Shown here: in pieces, positions 1 to 9,940 of the stretch
How positions within the stretch are numbered: position 1 is the first letter of the stretch
Layout of the letters: the number at the start of each line of letters is the position of its first letter
NCBI GenBank assembly: GCA_963697335.1
Contig: CAVONQ010000018.1
Location: 160,001 to 224,000, forward strand
DNA from: an uncultured cyanobacterium
Lineage (GTDB): Bacteria > Cyanobacteriota > Cyanobacteriia > PCC-6307 > Cyanobiaceae
Length of the DNA: 64,000 nucleotides
Reading direction: 5' to 3'
Notes under the pieces: model-generated
The model's input: the letters and a program-made list of their open reading frames with translations, nothing else
What the model was told of the DNA's origin: nothing
Databases searched by the model: none
Program-made: the position numbers and the translations under genes

Positions 1-55
1 CCTCGGCCGGCCAGGCCCAATGTCACTAACTTTGTAGCCACAAGAAATTCCCTTG

Positions 56-415
56 ATGGGTCATCGTCCCAGCTGCCGCAGTTGCCGCCATTGCGTCTCC
101 TCCCCTGGAGCCGCTGCGGGTTGGTGCCATCTGAGGCGGCTGGCGATCCATTCCACCTACTCCTCCGAGCTGTGGTGCCATCACTGGACGGCCCGGCCAC
201 CGCGACTGCCCCTTGGTGACCCTCAGGATCAAGGGGCTGATGCGAACGCCGATCTCAACGTTCTGGCTCCCGCTGATCTGGCTGTGTCATGCCTGGCGGT
301 GGATGGGGGCTCAGTCGACGCCACGGATTTCGGCGATGACTCAACGTTCGGCGATGCCGCGATGTTCAGCACCAGCCAGCAGCTCAGCCTCGAAGCCCTG
401 CTGCCACAATTCTGA
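56..415 (+). CDS. Small Cys/His-rich hypothetical protein (CxxCxxC...WC...C-HHW), putative metal-binding, acidic C-terminal tail
   Basis: ORF with CRSCRHC..GWCHLRRL..ELWCHHW pattern typical of a conserved picocyanobacterial small protein. Confidence 0.6.
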   Translation: MGHRPSCRSCRHCVSSPGAAAGWCHLRRLAIHSTYSSELWCHHWTARPPRLPLGDPQDQGADANADLNVLAPADLAVSCLAVDGGSVDATDFGDDSTFGDAAMFSTSQQLSLEALLPQF

Positions 416-468
416 ACGAAATCGAAAGATCGTTCAGCTGAGCACATCCGGCTGCCTTCGACACCCCC

Positions 469-927
469 TTGATGTTGGGGAGACGATCAAGATGGGTTGT
501 TTCACTCCGCTATTCGCTGGCCACGCCGTTGATCGCAACCGCTCCTCAAACCGCCCCGATTGCCCTGATGGCGGCCCATGCCGACTGTGAGGTGGTAACC
601 CTGCCCACGGGAGCCAAGGTGTACGGCGCCGGGGCGCCGGCTGATTCCATCTATGGCGTGCGCCGCGGCATCGTGGAGGTGCAGGGACCGTCCGGAGAGC
701 GGCTCAGCTACCGGCCGGGGGAGATGTTCAGCTACCAGGACATCGTGTGGGGCGACGGCATCCACCGCAGTGATGCCCTGGCCCGCACGCCGGTGGAGAT
801 CCTGCGGCTGGACCGCCTGGGCTTCCTCAACCTGCTGCACAACCACCCCACCCTGGCGGTGCAGCTGATCGGCCAGCAGCACCAGCGCCTGCGGGAGCAG
901 CGCACCAGCGGCACCTGCTGCTACTGA
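469..927 (+). CDS. Cyclic nucleotide-binding (cNMP) domain protein without HTH; start uncertain (first ATG at 568)
   Basis: GAPADSIYGVRRGIVEV...YRPGEMFS...HRSDALARTPVEILRLDR matches the cNMP-binding beta-barrel. Confidence 0.75.
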   Translation: MMLGRRSRWVVSLRYSLATPLIATAPQTAPIALMAAHADCEVVTLPTGAKVYGAGAPADSIYGVRRGIVEVQGPSGERLSYRPGEMFSYQDIVWGDGIHRSDALARTPVEILRLDRLGFLNLLHNHPTLAVQLIGQQHQRLREQRTSGTCCY

Positions 928-1784
928 GCACCCAGCAGCAACAGCAGGCTGCGGGTCACCTTGGCGGCGAGCACGCTGCTGACGCCGCTGGGGTCGAGCT
1001 GGGGGGCCAGTTCCACCACGTCGGCGCCCACCAGCTGGTGGTGGCGCAGCTCCTCCACCAAGGCGGCGAAATCGGGCCAGTGGAAGCCGCCCGGTTCGGG
1101 GGTGCCGGTGCCGGCCATCACCCCCGGATCAAACCAGTCGAGGTCAACGGTGAGGTAGAGGGGCCGGCCGCGCAGGGGGCGCAGGGCCTCGGCCATCCGC
1201 TCGATCGCCACCAGCCGGCCGCTGCTGCTGAGCTCCCTGAACTCCTCCCTGGTGCCGCTGCGGATGGCGATCTGCAGCAGCTCGCCGCTGGGCAGCACCT
1301 CCAGGCAGCGACGCATGGCGCAGGCATGGCTGTGGCGGGCGCCCAGCCACTCCTGGCGCAGGTCGGCGTGGGCATCGAGCTGCACCAGAGCCAGCTCTGG
1401 GTGCTGCTGGGCCACGGCCGCCACGGCGCCCGAGCTGATCGAGTGTTCACCGCCCAGCATCAGGGGCCTGAGCCCCAGGTGGAGCACGGCTTCGGTGGCC
1501 CGGCGCACGGCGGCCACCACCGGCTCAGGGTTGCCGAAGGGAATCTCCACCGCCCCCAGATCGGCGAAGGCGAGATCCTCCAGATCCAGGTGGAGCTGGG
1601 GGCAATAGGATTCCAGGCCGCTGCTCACCTCCCGGATCGCCGCCGGCCCGAAGCGGGTGCCGGGGCGAAACGAGGTGGTGCCGTCGTAGGGCACGCCGAA
1701 CAGGCCGACGCGGCAGCCGGCCGGATCACGGCGGCTCGCCATGTAGATGGCGCCGTCGGTGTCAAAGAGGGGGAGAGGGGCCAT
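921..1784 (-). CDS. speB: Agmatinase
   Basis: Ureohydrolase motifs GVPYDGTTSFRPGTRFGP, GGEHS, DAHADL, DLDWFDP, GTGTPEPGG; adjacent to speE. Confidence 0.95.
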   Translation of the reverse strand: MAPLPLFDTDGAIYMASRRDPAGCRVGLFGVPYDGTTSFRPGTRFGPAAIREVSSGLESYCPQLHLDLEDLAFADLGAVEIPFGNPEPVVAAVRRATEAVLHLGLRPLMLGGEHSISSGAVAAVAQQHPELALVQLDAHADLRQEWLGARHSHACAMRRCLEVLPSGELLQIAIRSGTREEFRELSSSGRLVAIERMAEALRPLRGRPLYLTVDLDWFDPGVMAGTGTPEPGGFHWPDFAALVEELRHHQLVGADVVELAPQLDPSGVSSVLAAKVTRSLLLLLGAQ

Positions 1785-1795
1785 GGGGGCAGGGT

Positions 1796-2647
1796 TCAGG
1801 CGTTGAGGGCCCGCTCGATCGCCGCCGGTACCGCCTCGAAGGCGCCGCGTTGCCAGCGGGGGCTCCAGATCTCACAACCATCGACCACGGCCGCGGCACG
1901 GGAGGCATCCGGCTGCAGATAGCGACGGCCGTCGATGGCGGCAAAGGTCCAGCTCCACCAGCCGCTCGGGTACATCGGCACCCAGCCATAGAGGGGATCG
2001 GCATGGCCGAACACCTGGCGCAGCACCTGCACCATCTCCAGGTGCACCGCGCGGAAGGCCTCCGGCGATTCGCTCTGGGTGGCGAACACCCCCCCGGGCC
2101 GCAGGATGCGGCGGCAGTGCTGGAAGAAGGTGCGGTTGAACAGCCCCTCGGCCGGGCCGGCGGGGTCGGAGCCGTCCACGATCACCACGTCGTAGCTGGC
2201 GTCCGGGGCGGACGCGGCCCAGGCGATGCCATCGCCCACGGTGAGCTGGAAGCGGGGGTCATCCCAGCAACCGCCGCCGAGGCTGGGCAGGTGCTCGCGG
2301 CTCCAGGCCACCACCTGGCCATCGATCTCCACCATGTCGAGCTGGCCCACGCCGGGGTGGCGCAGGCACTCGCGGGCGGTGCCGCCGTCGCCGCCGCCGA
2401 TCACCAGCACCCGTTCCAGGCTCCGGGCTGCGCAGAGGGCCGGATGCACCAGGGCTTCGTGGTAGTGCCGTTCCTGGCGCTCGGCCGTCATCCAGCAGCC
2501 ATCGAGCAGCAGGCCCTTGCCGTAGCGCTCGCTCTCGATGATCGTGATGCGCTGGTAAGGCGAATCGGCTTCGGCGATCACCCGGCCAGCCAGGCCATAG
2601 CGCACACCGTCGTAGACCTCGTCGATCCAGCCGGGGGAGGGAGCCAT
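1796..2647 (-). CDS. speE: Spermidine synthase (polyamine aminopropyltransferase)
   Basis: [37 protein letters not shown] motifs; ATG at 2647. Confidence 0.95.
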   Translation of the reverse strand: MAPSPGWIDEVYDGVRYGLAGRVIAEADSPYQRITIIESERYGKGLLLDGCWMTAERQERHYHEALVHPALCAARSLERVLVIGGGDGGTARECLRHPGVGQLDMVEIDGQVVAWSREHLPSLGGGCWDDPRFQLTVGDGIAWAASAPDASYDVVIVDGSDPAGPAEGLFNRTFFQHCRRILRPGGVFATQSESPEAFRAVHLEMVQVLRQVFGHADPLYGWVPMYPSGWWSWTFAAIDGRRYLQPDASRAAAVVDGCEIWSPRWQRGAFEAVPAAIERALNA

Positions 2648-2724
2648 GGCGGCGGGGCGTGCTGCGCAGAGGTCCTCCGTACGCTTGCACAGAGCACCCC
2701 CCGCAACCATGGCAGGCTCAGACC

Positions 2725-3177
2725 ATGGCCAGCGACCAGCCCGGCGGTGATCTGCGCGTGACGCCGGCGGTGCTGATTCCGGCGACGGAGCTGCGCTGGC
2801 GCTTCTCGCGCTCCTCGGGCCCGGGGGGACAGAACGTGAACAGCACCGATTCGCGGGTGGAGCTGGTGTTTGACCTGGCGGACTCCCAGGCGCTGCCGGC
2901 GGCGCTGCGGGCGCGGGCGCTGCGGCGGCTGGAGGGGCGGCTGGTGGAGGGTGCCCTGGTGGTGGCGGCCAGTGAGCACCGCTCCCAGTGGCAGAACAGG
3001 GTGGCGGCCCAGCGGCGCCTGGTGGCGCAGTTGCAGGAGGCGCTGCGGCCGCCGCCGCCGCCCCGGCGCCCCACCCGGCCCAGCCGCGGTTCGGTGGAGC
3101 GGCGGCTGGCGGCGAAGAAGCAGCGGGGGGCGATCAAGCTGCGGCGCCAGGGCCGCCCGAACCTGCCGGAGGAGTAG
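2725..3177 (+). CDS. arfB: Alternative ribosome rescue peptidyl-tRNA hydrolase ArfB
   Basis: [13 protein letters not shown] (GGQ), RSQWQNR and basic tail [22 protein letters not shown]. Confidence 0.93.
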   Translation: MASDQPGGDLRVTPAVLIPATELRWRFSRSSGPGGQNVNSTDSRVELVFDLADSQALPAALRARALRRLEGRLVEGALVVAASEHRSQWQNRVAAQRRLVAQLQEALRPPPPPRRPTRPSRGSVERRLAAKKQRGAIKLRRQGRPNLPEE

Positions 3178-4003
3178 CTGAGGGCGCTTGGGCGGCTGCC
3201 GCCTCGGCCCGGATCGCCGCCTTGGCCTGCTGCCACAGCCCCTCCAGCTCACGGATGCCTCGTCCGCCCAGGTCGCCGCCCAGGGCGGCTTCGACCCGCG
3301 AGAAACGATCCAGGAAGCGGTGGTTGGTGCCGGCCAGGCCGGTTTCGGGGTCGATGCCGCACCAGCGGGCCACGTTCACCAGGGTGAACAACACATCGCC
3401 CAGCTCCTCCTGGGCATGGGCCCGGTCGCCGCTGGCCACGGCTTCCTTGAGCTCGTCGAGCTCCTCGTGCACCTTCTCCCACACGCCGCTGAGGTCGTCC
3501 CACTCGAAGCCGGCGGCGGCGGCCTGCTTGGAGATGGCCATGGCACCGGCCAGGGCCGGCTGGCTGCGCACCTTGGGGCCGAGCCGCTCGCTCACCGGGC
3601 TGGCCGACTGCTGCGGCCGTTCGGCCGCCTTGATCGCGACCCAGCTGGCCCGCACGGCGGCGCTGTCTTCCGCCTCGGCGCCGGCGAACACGTGGGGGTG
3701 GCGGCGGATCAGCTTGGCGCTGAGGCCCCGGGCGATCGCCTCCAGATCAAAGCGCCCCGCCTCCCTGGCGATCTGGGCGTGCAGCACCACCTGCAGCAGC
3801 AGGTCCCCCAGCTCCTCGCTGAGGTGGTCGTCATCGCCGTGGCGGATGGCATCGGCCACCTCGTGGGCCTCCTCCAGCACGTAGGGCAGCAGGGAGGCGT
3901 GGGTCTGCTCCAGGTCCCAGGGGCAGCCGCCGGCGGGATCGCTCAGCCGGGCCACCACGGCGATCAGCTCGGCCAGGGCCGTGAGGGCGGGGTCGGCGGG
4001 CAT
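3134..4003 (-). CDS. mazG: Nucleoside triphosphate pyrophosphohydrolase MazG
   Basis: GCPWDLEQT, EEAHEV, EELGDLLLQVVLHAQIA, KLIRRHPHVF, second EELGDVLF domain; ATG at 4003. Confidence 0.93.
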   Translation of the reverse strand: MPADPALTALAELIAVVARLSDPAGGCPWDLEQTHASLLPYVLEEAHEVADAIRHGDDDHLSEELGDLLLQVVLHAQIAREAGRFDLEAIARGLSAKLIRRHPHVFAGAEAEDSAAVRASWVAIKAAERPQQSASPVSERLGPKVRSQPALAGAMAISKQAAAAGFEWDDLSGVWEKVHEELDELKEAVASGDRAHAQEELGDVLFTLVNVARWCGIDPETGLAGTNHRFLDRFSRVEAALGGDLGGRGIRELEGLWQQAKAAIRAEAAAAQAPSATPPAGSGGPGAAA

Positions 4004-4044
4004 CGGCCTTGGCCTGGGCGAGGGGACAGGGGGCCGCCCGGGCC

Positions 4045-4548
4045 TCAGCGGCGGCGGCGGCGGCGGCGCAGCGGCCTGGGCAGCTGCGGCATCGGGTCGC
4101 CATCCTGGATCAGGTGCAGCCAGCTGCTGGCCTCCAGGGCCACCAGGGCACACACCACCAGGGGCCGCTGCCCGCGCCAGAGGCGCCCGACCCAGCCCAG
4201 CAGCTCCGCGGGCGAGGGCGCCCCGAACGGGCTGAGCAGGGCCGTCAGGCCCAGGGCCAGCAGCGCCAGGTAAGCCAGGCGGCCCGCCGTTCCCAGCAGC
4301 GGACTGTGGGACAGCAGCGAGCGGTGCGCCAGCCCCTTGCGGTAGGGCCACCAGAGCAGCTTGAGGGGGCCCCAGCGGCGGGTGGCATTGGAGCGGGTGT
4401 CGAGGTCGGGGGAGAGCAGCAGGCCGCCCACCAGGAAGCTGAGCCCGGCGGTGCCCAGCCCCGCCAGGCCCAGGGCCGGTGCCCACAGCAGCGCGAAGGG
4501 CAGGGCCAGCAGCCAGGTGGCGCGGTCGTGGCTGCGGCCGCTGGCCAT
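4045..4548 (-). CDS. DUF2227 family putative metal-binding membrane protein
   Basis: MASGRSHDRAT, LLSPDLD, WWPY, HRSLLSH, WLHLIQD. Confidence 0.85.
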   Translation of the reverse strand: MASGRSHDRATWLLALPFALLWAPALGLAGLGTAGLSFLVGGLLLSPDLDTRSNATRRWGPLKLLWWPYRKGLAHRSLLSHSPLLGTAGRLAYLALLALGLTALLSPFGAPSPAELLGWVGRLWRGQRPLVVCALVALEASSWLHLIQDGDPMPQLPRPLRRRRRRR

Positions 4549-5567
4549 CAGGGCCTTAGGGCCCGTGCCGCCGGTGGGGGCAGCTGGCGCAACCGCCCGC
4601 CACTGCCATCGCCGGGCCGCCAGCGGCGGTTGATCCAGTAGTACTGCTCGGCGTAGGCCTGGATCCAGCCCTCATGCCAGTGGCTCAGGGCCTGGGCCTG
4701 GGCGGCCAGGGCTTCGGGTGCCTGCCCCGGACGCAGCGGGGGGCCGCAGATCAGCCGGAAGCCGCCGTCGTCGTCGCGCACGTGGGCCACGGGGAACAGG
4801 GGCGCGCCGGTTTTCTGGGAGAGGCTCACCGGGCCGGTGGCAAAGCGGGTGGCCAGGCCCAGCACGTCCACCTGCAGTGGGCTGCGCTGGCTGTAGAGAT
4901 CGGTCATCACCACGAGGCCACAGCCATCCCGCAGGCTCTGCAGGATGCCGCGGGCGTCGAACTGGGAGATCCAGCGGCAGCGGCTGTTGGCACTGCGGGC
5001 AGCGTTGAGCAGGGCGTCGGCGTGGGGGTTGTGGGCGGGCCTGTAGATCACGGCCAGGTTGTCGAGGCGCTCGCTCAGCCAGCGCAGGGCCAGATCCCAG
5101 CAGCCCAGGTGCAGCGAGCCCACGATCAGGGCTTCGCCGCGCTGATGGGCGGCCAGCAGCTCCGGGAGCCCCTTGCCCTCGGCCGTGATGCGCTCGGGGT
5201 GCACCGGCTGGATGATCGATTCCAGGCAGGAGAGAAAGAAGCTCTGCAGTGAGCGGGCCGCCAGCCGCTGCCGCTGGGCCCGGCTCAGCTGGCTGCCGTA
5301 GACGCGCTCGAGGTTGGCGTTGGCCGTCCGCAGGAGGGGCGCCAGCGCGGGCGCCGCCATGCCACAGGCGATCTGGATGCCCCGTCGCATGGTGGCGTGG
5401 CTGCGGCCCTGCAGCAGGGCCAGCAACAGCCGCACCAGCAGGGCTTCCAGGCGCCAGCGCAGCCGCTGCAGGCGGGAGGGCGGCCGCCGCCGCCGCCGCC
5501 GAGGCGCCCCCGACGGGGCTGCGGGCGCTCCTGAGGGCCGGCCGAGTTGCGGTAGCGTCGTGCCCAC
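4548..5567 (-). CDS. Lipid A lauroyl/lysophospholipid acyltransferase (LpxL/HtrB family); true start probably downstream of 5567
   Basis: HLGCWD, VIYRP..NP, DL, and C-terminal EQYYWINRRWR typical of the family. Confidence 0.8.
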   Translation of the reverse strand: MGTTLPQLGRPSGAPAAPSGAPRRRRRRPPSRLQRLRWRLEALLVRLLLALLQGRSHATMRRGIQIACGMAAPALAPLLRTANANLERVYGSQLSRAQRQRLAARSLQSFFLSCLESIIQPVHPERITAEGKGLPELLAAHQRGEALIVGSLHLGCWDLALRWLSERLDNLAVIYRPAHNPHADALLNAARSANSRCRWISQFDARGILQSLRDGCGLVVMTDLYSQRSPLQVDVLGLATRFATGPVSLSQKTGAPLFPVAHVRDDDGGFRLICGPPLRPGQAPEALAAQAQALSHWHEGWIQAYAEQYYWINRRWRPGDGSGGRLRQLPPPAARALRP

Positions 5568-5639
<72 letters not shown>

Positions 5640-5851
5640 TTGGAAGGGGATGGGCGGCGCTTTGAGGATGACATGCGCTGCTCCACCAGCCATCGCCAGA
5701 AAGCTCCTTGCCATCGCGATCGCTGCCATCAGCCTTTTGCTGAGCCGTTTCAATCAGCACTTGGTTCTGGTGGGGTTTGGCATCGATGGACAGTCTGATG
5801 GTGATGGCCTGATCCTTCCCAGCTTTTCCTTGAAATCGGGGGGAACTCTTG

Positions 5852-6918
5852 GGAGGCTCTGGAAAACCCGAGCCATCCGCGCGAACATACCCCTGTAATC
5901 GCACGCGGACTGGGTTCACGGGCAGCAAGCAGCTCGGATTCGGTGATTACGAGCAAACCGCGGCCAAGAGAAGCGCACGAGGCGCGAGCGTTTTTTGGCC
6001 GAAAGGGAGAAGGTGGTGTCGTCGATGCGCCGTTTCGCAGAGATCGATATGTTCAGTGACCGGATTCCTGATGACACCACGATTCTCGCGTGCCGGCACC
6101 TGCTGGAGAAGCACGATCTCGGCAAACAGCTCTTCTGAGTTGGTCAAAGCCCACCTCAAGGTTAAAGGCATGGCCATGAAGCAGGCCACGATCATCGATG
6201 CCACCTTGATCGCGGCACCCAGCTCCATCAAGACCGAGACGAAGGCAAGGGATCCGGAGATGCTGCAGACCTGCAAGGGCAAGCAGTGGTACCACCGCTC
6301 CGCGGAAGCCAAGGGCTACGGCGTGGATAGCGAGAGCGGCCTCTTCCACTCAGTACAAACAACAGCTGCCATCGGCAGACCTAACCCCAGCCTCTGATCT
6401 CCTGCACGGCGAGGAGGCCCTGGTCTATGCGGATGCCGGCTACCAGGGAATCGAAATGCGAGACGAGATGCAAGCTCGGGAGATCGGCTTCCGCGTCGCC
6501 ATGCGACCTGGAATGCGCCGAGTGCTGCCGGATACGCCGGAGGGCCGACTGGATGATCTGGTTGAAACTGCCAAAGCGCCCATCCGCTCCAATGGAGTGC
6601 ATCCGTCTCGGGTGATCAAGCAGCAGTTCGGCTTTCAAAAGACCCGGCACCGGGCTGCGGGGAATGCTCAAGAAACCCTGTAAAATGAATGCGCTGGCAG
6701 CTCTATCGAGCCTATTCATGACATGTTGCAGGTTGCTATTCAGCGCGTGATCGGAGGACTAGTGTGTCCATTGGGGGAAAGAATCGACTCACATGGGAAA
6801 GCTTTGGCGCCCGCAAGGGGAAATCAGGCCCAGCCAAACTCAGATTCGCCAAAGGTTGTCCATTCTGAGTAACTTGCAACCTTGGACCCTCTTTCAGGGC
6901 TCGTTGCCCAGAGGCTCC
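5852..6918 (+). mobile_element. Degenerate IS5-family insertion sequence
   Basis: Imperfect terminal inverted repeats GGAGGCTCTGGAAAAC (5852) and GTTGCCCAGAGGCTCC (ends 6918), flanked by CTTG and CTAA, enclosing transposase fragments. Confidence 0.8.
5918..6750 (+). pseudogene. IS5-family transposase pseudogene (ACG start, frameshifts, internal deletion)
   Basis: Fragments GSKQLGFGDYEQTAAK, MRRFAEID..RIPDDTTIL..RHLLEKH, IIDATLIAAPSS, RDPEM..KGKQWY, LLHGEE..YADAGYQG, HPSRVIKQQFGFQKTR in different frames. Confidence 0.88.
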
Positions 6919-6980
6919 CTAAGATTATCTGCAGACTGAGAACCTGGGAAGAGCCCAGTCCTTTCATGGCTGTATGATCA

Positions 6981-7238
6981 ATGATCGCTGTTGCCTTCAG
7001 CACCACTTCCTCCCGCGCCATGTCCCCTGAGGTGGTGATCAACGGCAGAACGCTGCCACTGGCGAGGCCCAGCGACGTCGCCGTAGCTCAGCGCGTTGCG
7101 GCGCACATGCAACGCCGCATGAGCGAAGACGATTGGCGCCCTTACGGGAACAGACAGGATGCGGTGCGGGCTTGGGCTCGATTGGGCGGGATACGCCTCC
7201 AGGTCATGCAGGCGCTGAACCTGCTGAACGAGGCCTGA
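6981..7238 (+). CDS. Small hypothetical protein
   Basis: 85-aa ORF with plausible globular composition (SDVAVAQRVAAHMQRR..DWRPY..WARLGGIR). Confidence 0.6.
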   Translation: MIAVAFSTTSSRAMSPEVVINGRTLPLARPSDVAVAQRVAAHMQRRMSEDDWRPYGNRQDAVRAWARLGGIRLQVMQALNLLNEA

Positions 7239-7439
7239 TCCTCAGCTGGACTGCTGCCACCAGCAGGGAGTCCACCTGTCGGAACCCAGCCTGGCGCGGG
7301 GCCAGGAGGACGCACCACGGTGTGCAGTCTGAGCTGGTGCTGCGCATGCTGTTGGAGCCGGAGACGGGCTCAGGGTTGCCACGGTCAAAGCGATATGTGT
7401 CACCGGCAGGCGCGGGCTTTACGGGTCTCCAGCACGGCG

Positions 7440-7654
7440 CAGGCTGGCCCACTTGCGTCTGTGGGGTGAGCACGTTCCCCTGGACCTCCGACGAGCAGGA
7501 AGCCTGCATGCTGCTGGAGGGGGATGTGATGGTCGCGCCCGATGGCGGCGAGTCGGTGCGGTTCGGCGTGGGTGATCTGTTGGTGTTCGCACAAGGCCCG
7601 AGCTGCACCTGGGATGGGCCTGCCCCGGTGCGCAAGCACTACCGCCCTGGCTGA
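7440..7654 (+). pseudogene. 5'-truncated cupin (DUF861/EutQ-like) gene remnant
   Basis: WPTCVCGVSTFPWTSDEQEACMLLEGDVMVAPDGGESVRFGVGDLLVF..SCTW..PVRKHYR; no suitable start and the N-terminus is missing. Confidence 0.7.
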
Positions 7655-7843
7655 TGGCGGCCGTCAATGTGACGACCATGCAGCCGCCTACCCAACCAAC
7701 CCCTCCTAGCCCCACATCCCGCGAGCTGGCGGAAATCGAGCAGGCCATCGACGGCTGCCGGGGCGATCGGGTGGCGGAGTCCAGGCTGACGGGCTCCTGG
7801 ATGGCCCACCTGCTGATTGGGTCGGCCCGCAGGCCGCCACGCC

Positions 7844-8068
7844 TCAGCGGTCTGGGGTGAGCCGCCGCGTCCAGCGCCGGTAAAGCCACACACCGCCGCT
7901 GCCCCAGATCAAGGTCCAGAGGATGAAGGTGCTGGCGGTGCCGAGCTGACCTCCCTCCAGCGAATAGACGCCGGCGTTGATCAGGCCAGCATCGATCAGG
8001 GAACCGCCGATTCCCCAACCCAGCACCCAGCTGATCAGAAAGCCGATGGCCTGGAGGTTGCCGGTCAT
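7844..8068 (-). CDS. Small two-helix membrane protein, hypothetical
   Basis: 74 aa with two hydrophobic segments (IGFLISWVLGWGIGGSLIDAGLI; TFILWTLIWG). Confidence 0.7.
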   Translation of the reverse strand: MTGNLQAIGFLISWVLGWGIGGSLIDAGLINAGVYSLEGGQLGTASTFILWTLIWGSGGVWLYRRWTRRLTPDR

Positions 8069-8095
8069 AGGGGGGCGGAAGAACCGAGCAGCGGC

Positions 8096-8332
8096 TCAGA
8101 AGCAGAAGGGCAGGAACTGGGTGCGGCAGGCGGCGTAGCCATCCACCAATGCGCCGAGGCCGATCTGGTGGGCAATGCCGAAGCCGGTGAGGCCTTCCAC
8201 CACGATGCCGATCACGATGCCGAGCATGGCGGCGCGGCCGTTGAACAGTTCAGCGTGCTTGAGCTGCTCCATGTGGATCAGCTGCTCGGCGCGGTGCTGG
8301 AGCCACTCGTCGTTGGCGGGGGCGTTGGTCAT
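8096..8332 (-). CDS. hli: High-light-inducible protein (chlorophyll a/b-binding family)
   Basis: AELFNGRAAMLGIVIGIVVEGLTG chlorophyll-binding helix motif. Confidence 0.9.
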   Translation of the reverse strand: MTNAPANDEWLQHRAEQLIHMEQLKHAELFNGRAAMLGIVIGIVVEGLTGFGIAHQIGLGALVDGYAACRTQFLPFCF

Positions 8333-8377
8333 GGGGGCCTCTGAAGGTAGGGGAAGTGCTGTGGACGCTTGGTGGTG

Positions 8378-8458
8378 TCAGTCGGCTGGACTGGGCTGAA
8401 GCACAAGGGCTGTGATCAGCCAGGCGCCAAAGAGCAGCAGGGCGAAGGTGAGTGGCAT
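8378..8458 (-). CDS. Possible 26-aa single-helix membrane peptide (MPLTFALLLFGAWLITALVLQPSPAD)
   Basis: ATG...TGA ORF read by hand between the two hli genes, same strand, strongly hydrophobic. Confidence 0.35.
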   Translation of the reverse strand: MPLTFALLLFGAWLITALVLQPSPAD

Positions 8459-8578
8459 CGGGGGCTGGTGGGGGCGAGGTCGCTGGGGCGGCTGAGCACG
8501 AAGACCGTCATGCCGGTGAGCAGCCCCACCAGGGCGACGACAGCAACGTTTGCGGTGGAGTAGCAGGTGCCGATGGCG

Positions 8579-8722
8579 TCAACCGAGACCGACCTGCTGA
8601 AGAATGCTCTGTCCGGTGAGCAGCTCGGTGGCCAGGCCGATCACAAAGCCGAGCATGGCCATGCGGCCATTCCAGGTTTCGGCGAATGCGACAAAGCCGT
8701 AGCGGGGAGAGGGTTCAGGCAT
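8579..8722 (-). CDS. hli: High-light-inducible protein, 47 aa (below ORF-track cutoff)
   Basis: Hand translation MPEPSPRYGFVAFAETWNGRMAMLGFVIGLATELLTGQSILQQVGLG with the ExxNGRxAMLG motif. Confidence 0.93.
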   Translation of the reverse strand: MPEPSPRYGFVAFAETWNGRMAMLGFVIGLATELLTGQSILQQVGLG

Positions 8723-8745
8723 GACTGTTTCAGATTGTTACGGCA

Positions 8746-8763
8746 ATTGTAACGCCATGTGAA
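8746..8763 (-). promoter_or_regulatory. HLR1-like (RpaB) direct repeat upstream of hli
   Basis: Minus strand TTCACATG-GC-GTTACAAT vs consensus KTTACAWW-N2-KTTACAWW, about 25 bp upstream of the hli ATG. Confidence 0.6.
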
Positions 8764-8942
8764 GCGGCTGGGTGGGTCTGGCCGGTAGGGAAGCTCTCAT
8801 CAGGACTGGTTCAGTTTTTGGGGTCCACGCCACTGCGGCTCTGCAAGCCGCAGCAGCCCTTGAGCGGCAGCGGTTTTGGCCTGCCCAAGAGCCAGCGCCC
8901 GCCCGTACCGGCCGACTTCGACGCCGCCAGCCTGCTGCGGCC

Positions 8943-9050
8943 ATGATTGGCCTCGACACCAACTTGCCGGCTCACGACTTCGTGCAGGAAGCCGCCGCCG
9001 ATGCCGCCACCTAGGCCCAGCGTGAGGCCGCTCGCCAGCGGATCGAATGC
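8943..9050 (+). pseudogene. VapC/PIN toxin N-terminal remnant
   Basis: MIGLDTNLPAHDFVQEAAADAAT*AQREAARQRIE: PIN N-terminal DTN motif with an in-frame TAG, then truncation. Confidence 0.6.
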
Positions 9051-9122
9051 TGGTGCCATAGCCCAGGACTGATGCCACAACCCTGGGTGGCTTGGCTCCG
9101 GCTCGGGCCCTCGGCTGAGGGC

Positions 9123-9641
9123 TCAGCCGGGCTCGGGCCTGGGGCTCGTCAGCAGGTTGATGGCCGAGATGCCCAGACCGACGCCCAGCAGGGTGCCGAT
9201 CGCCCAGACGCTGTCGCTGGGCCATTCGGCCACCAGCAGTCCGCCGAGCACGGCGGTGACGATGCCATCAATGAGCACCAGCGGCCGGGCCGGCCCAGGC
9301 GATGCAGCGGCGCCAGCCAGCTCCATCACCCCCTGGAAGGCGAGCAGGAAACCGAGGAACAGCGTGAGGCTCACTTCGCTGGCCAGGGGATACACCAGGA
9401 TGCCGATCCCGCCCCCCACGTACAGCAGCGCCGACAGCAGGCGGAAGATCCTGCCGCTCCAGTCGCTGGCTCCGGTGAGGCGCAGCGCCTGGGAGATCCC
9501 GGCCGCCACGGCCACGCCACCGATCACGATGGTGAGCAGGGTGGCCGAAACGAAGGGCAGCGCCAGCGCCAGCACCGCCGCGACGAACAGCAGGCCCGCT
9601 GTCAACCAGCGCAGGGCAGGGGAGGAGGGAACCGACAACAC
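9123..9641 (-). CDS. HdeD/DUF308 family membrane protein
   Basis: Six hydrophobic segments; SLTLFLGFLLAFQGV, EWPSDSVWAIGTLLGV. Confidence 0.85.
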   Translation of the reverse strand: MLSVPSSPALRWLTAGLLFVAAVLALALPFVSATLLTIVIGGVAVAAGISQALRLTGASDWSGRIFRLLSALLYVGGGIGILVYPLASEVSLTLFLGFLLAFQGVMELAGAAASPGPARPLVLIDGIVTAVLGGLLVAEWPSDSVWAIGTLLGVGLGISAINLLTSPRPEPG

Positions 9642-9703
9642 AGCAAGGCAGCTGATGGAACCCTAGGGGTGGTTGGCCACCTGGTTCATCACGGGCCACG
9701 GCC

Positions 9704-9930
9704 ATGCAGGTGAACCTCCACGACGCCAAAACCCACCTCTCCCGCTACGTGGCCCAGGCCCTTGAAGGGAAGGAGGTGGTGATCGCCAAAGCCGGCCACC
9801 CCTCGTTCGCCTGGTGCCGGTGCAAGCCGCTCCTGAGGCCCGGCGCGGCGGATGTCTGCGGGGTTCTGCGCTGGCGCGCACCGATCTGAAGGCCGACTTC
9901 GCCAGCGGGATCGACACGCTGTTCGGCTGA
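9704..9930 (+). pseudogene. Phd/YefM antitoxin, frameshifted
   Basis: MQVNLHDAKTHLSRYV..GKEVVIAKAGHP, then a frameshift to LVRLVPVQ...IDTLFG*; total length 227 nt. Confidence 0.8.
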
Positions 9931-9940
9931 GCCGCGAGCC

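Noticed and set aside
9704..9930. Programmed frameshift producing a functional antitoxin
   Set aside because: No slippery heptamer, and the cognate toxin is also broken; simple decay is more likely
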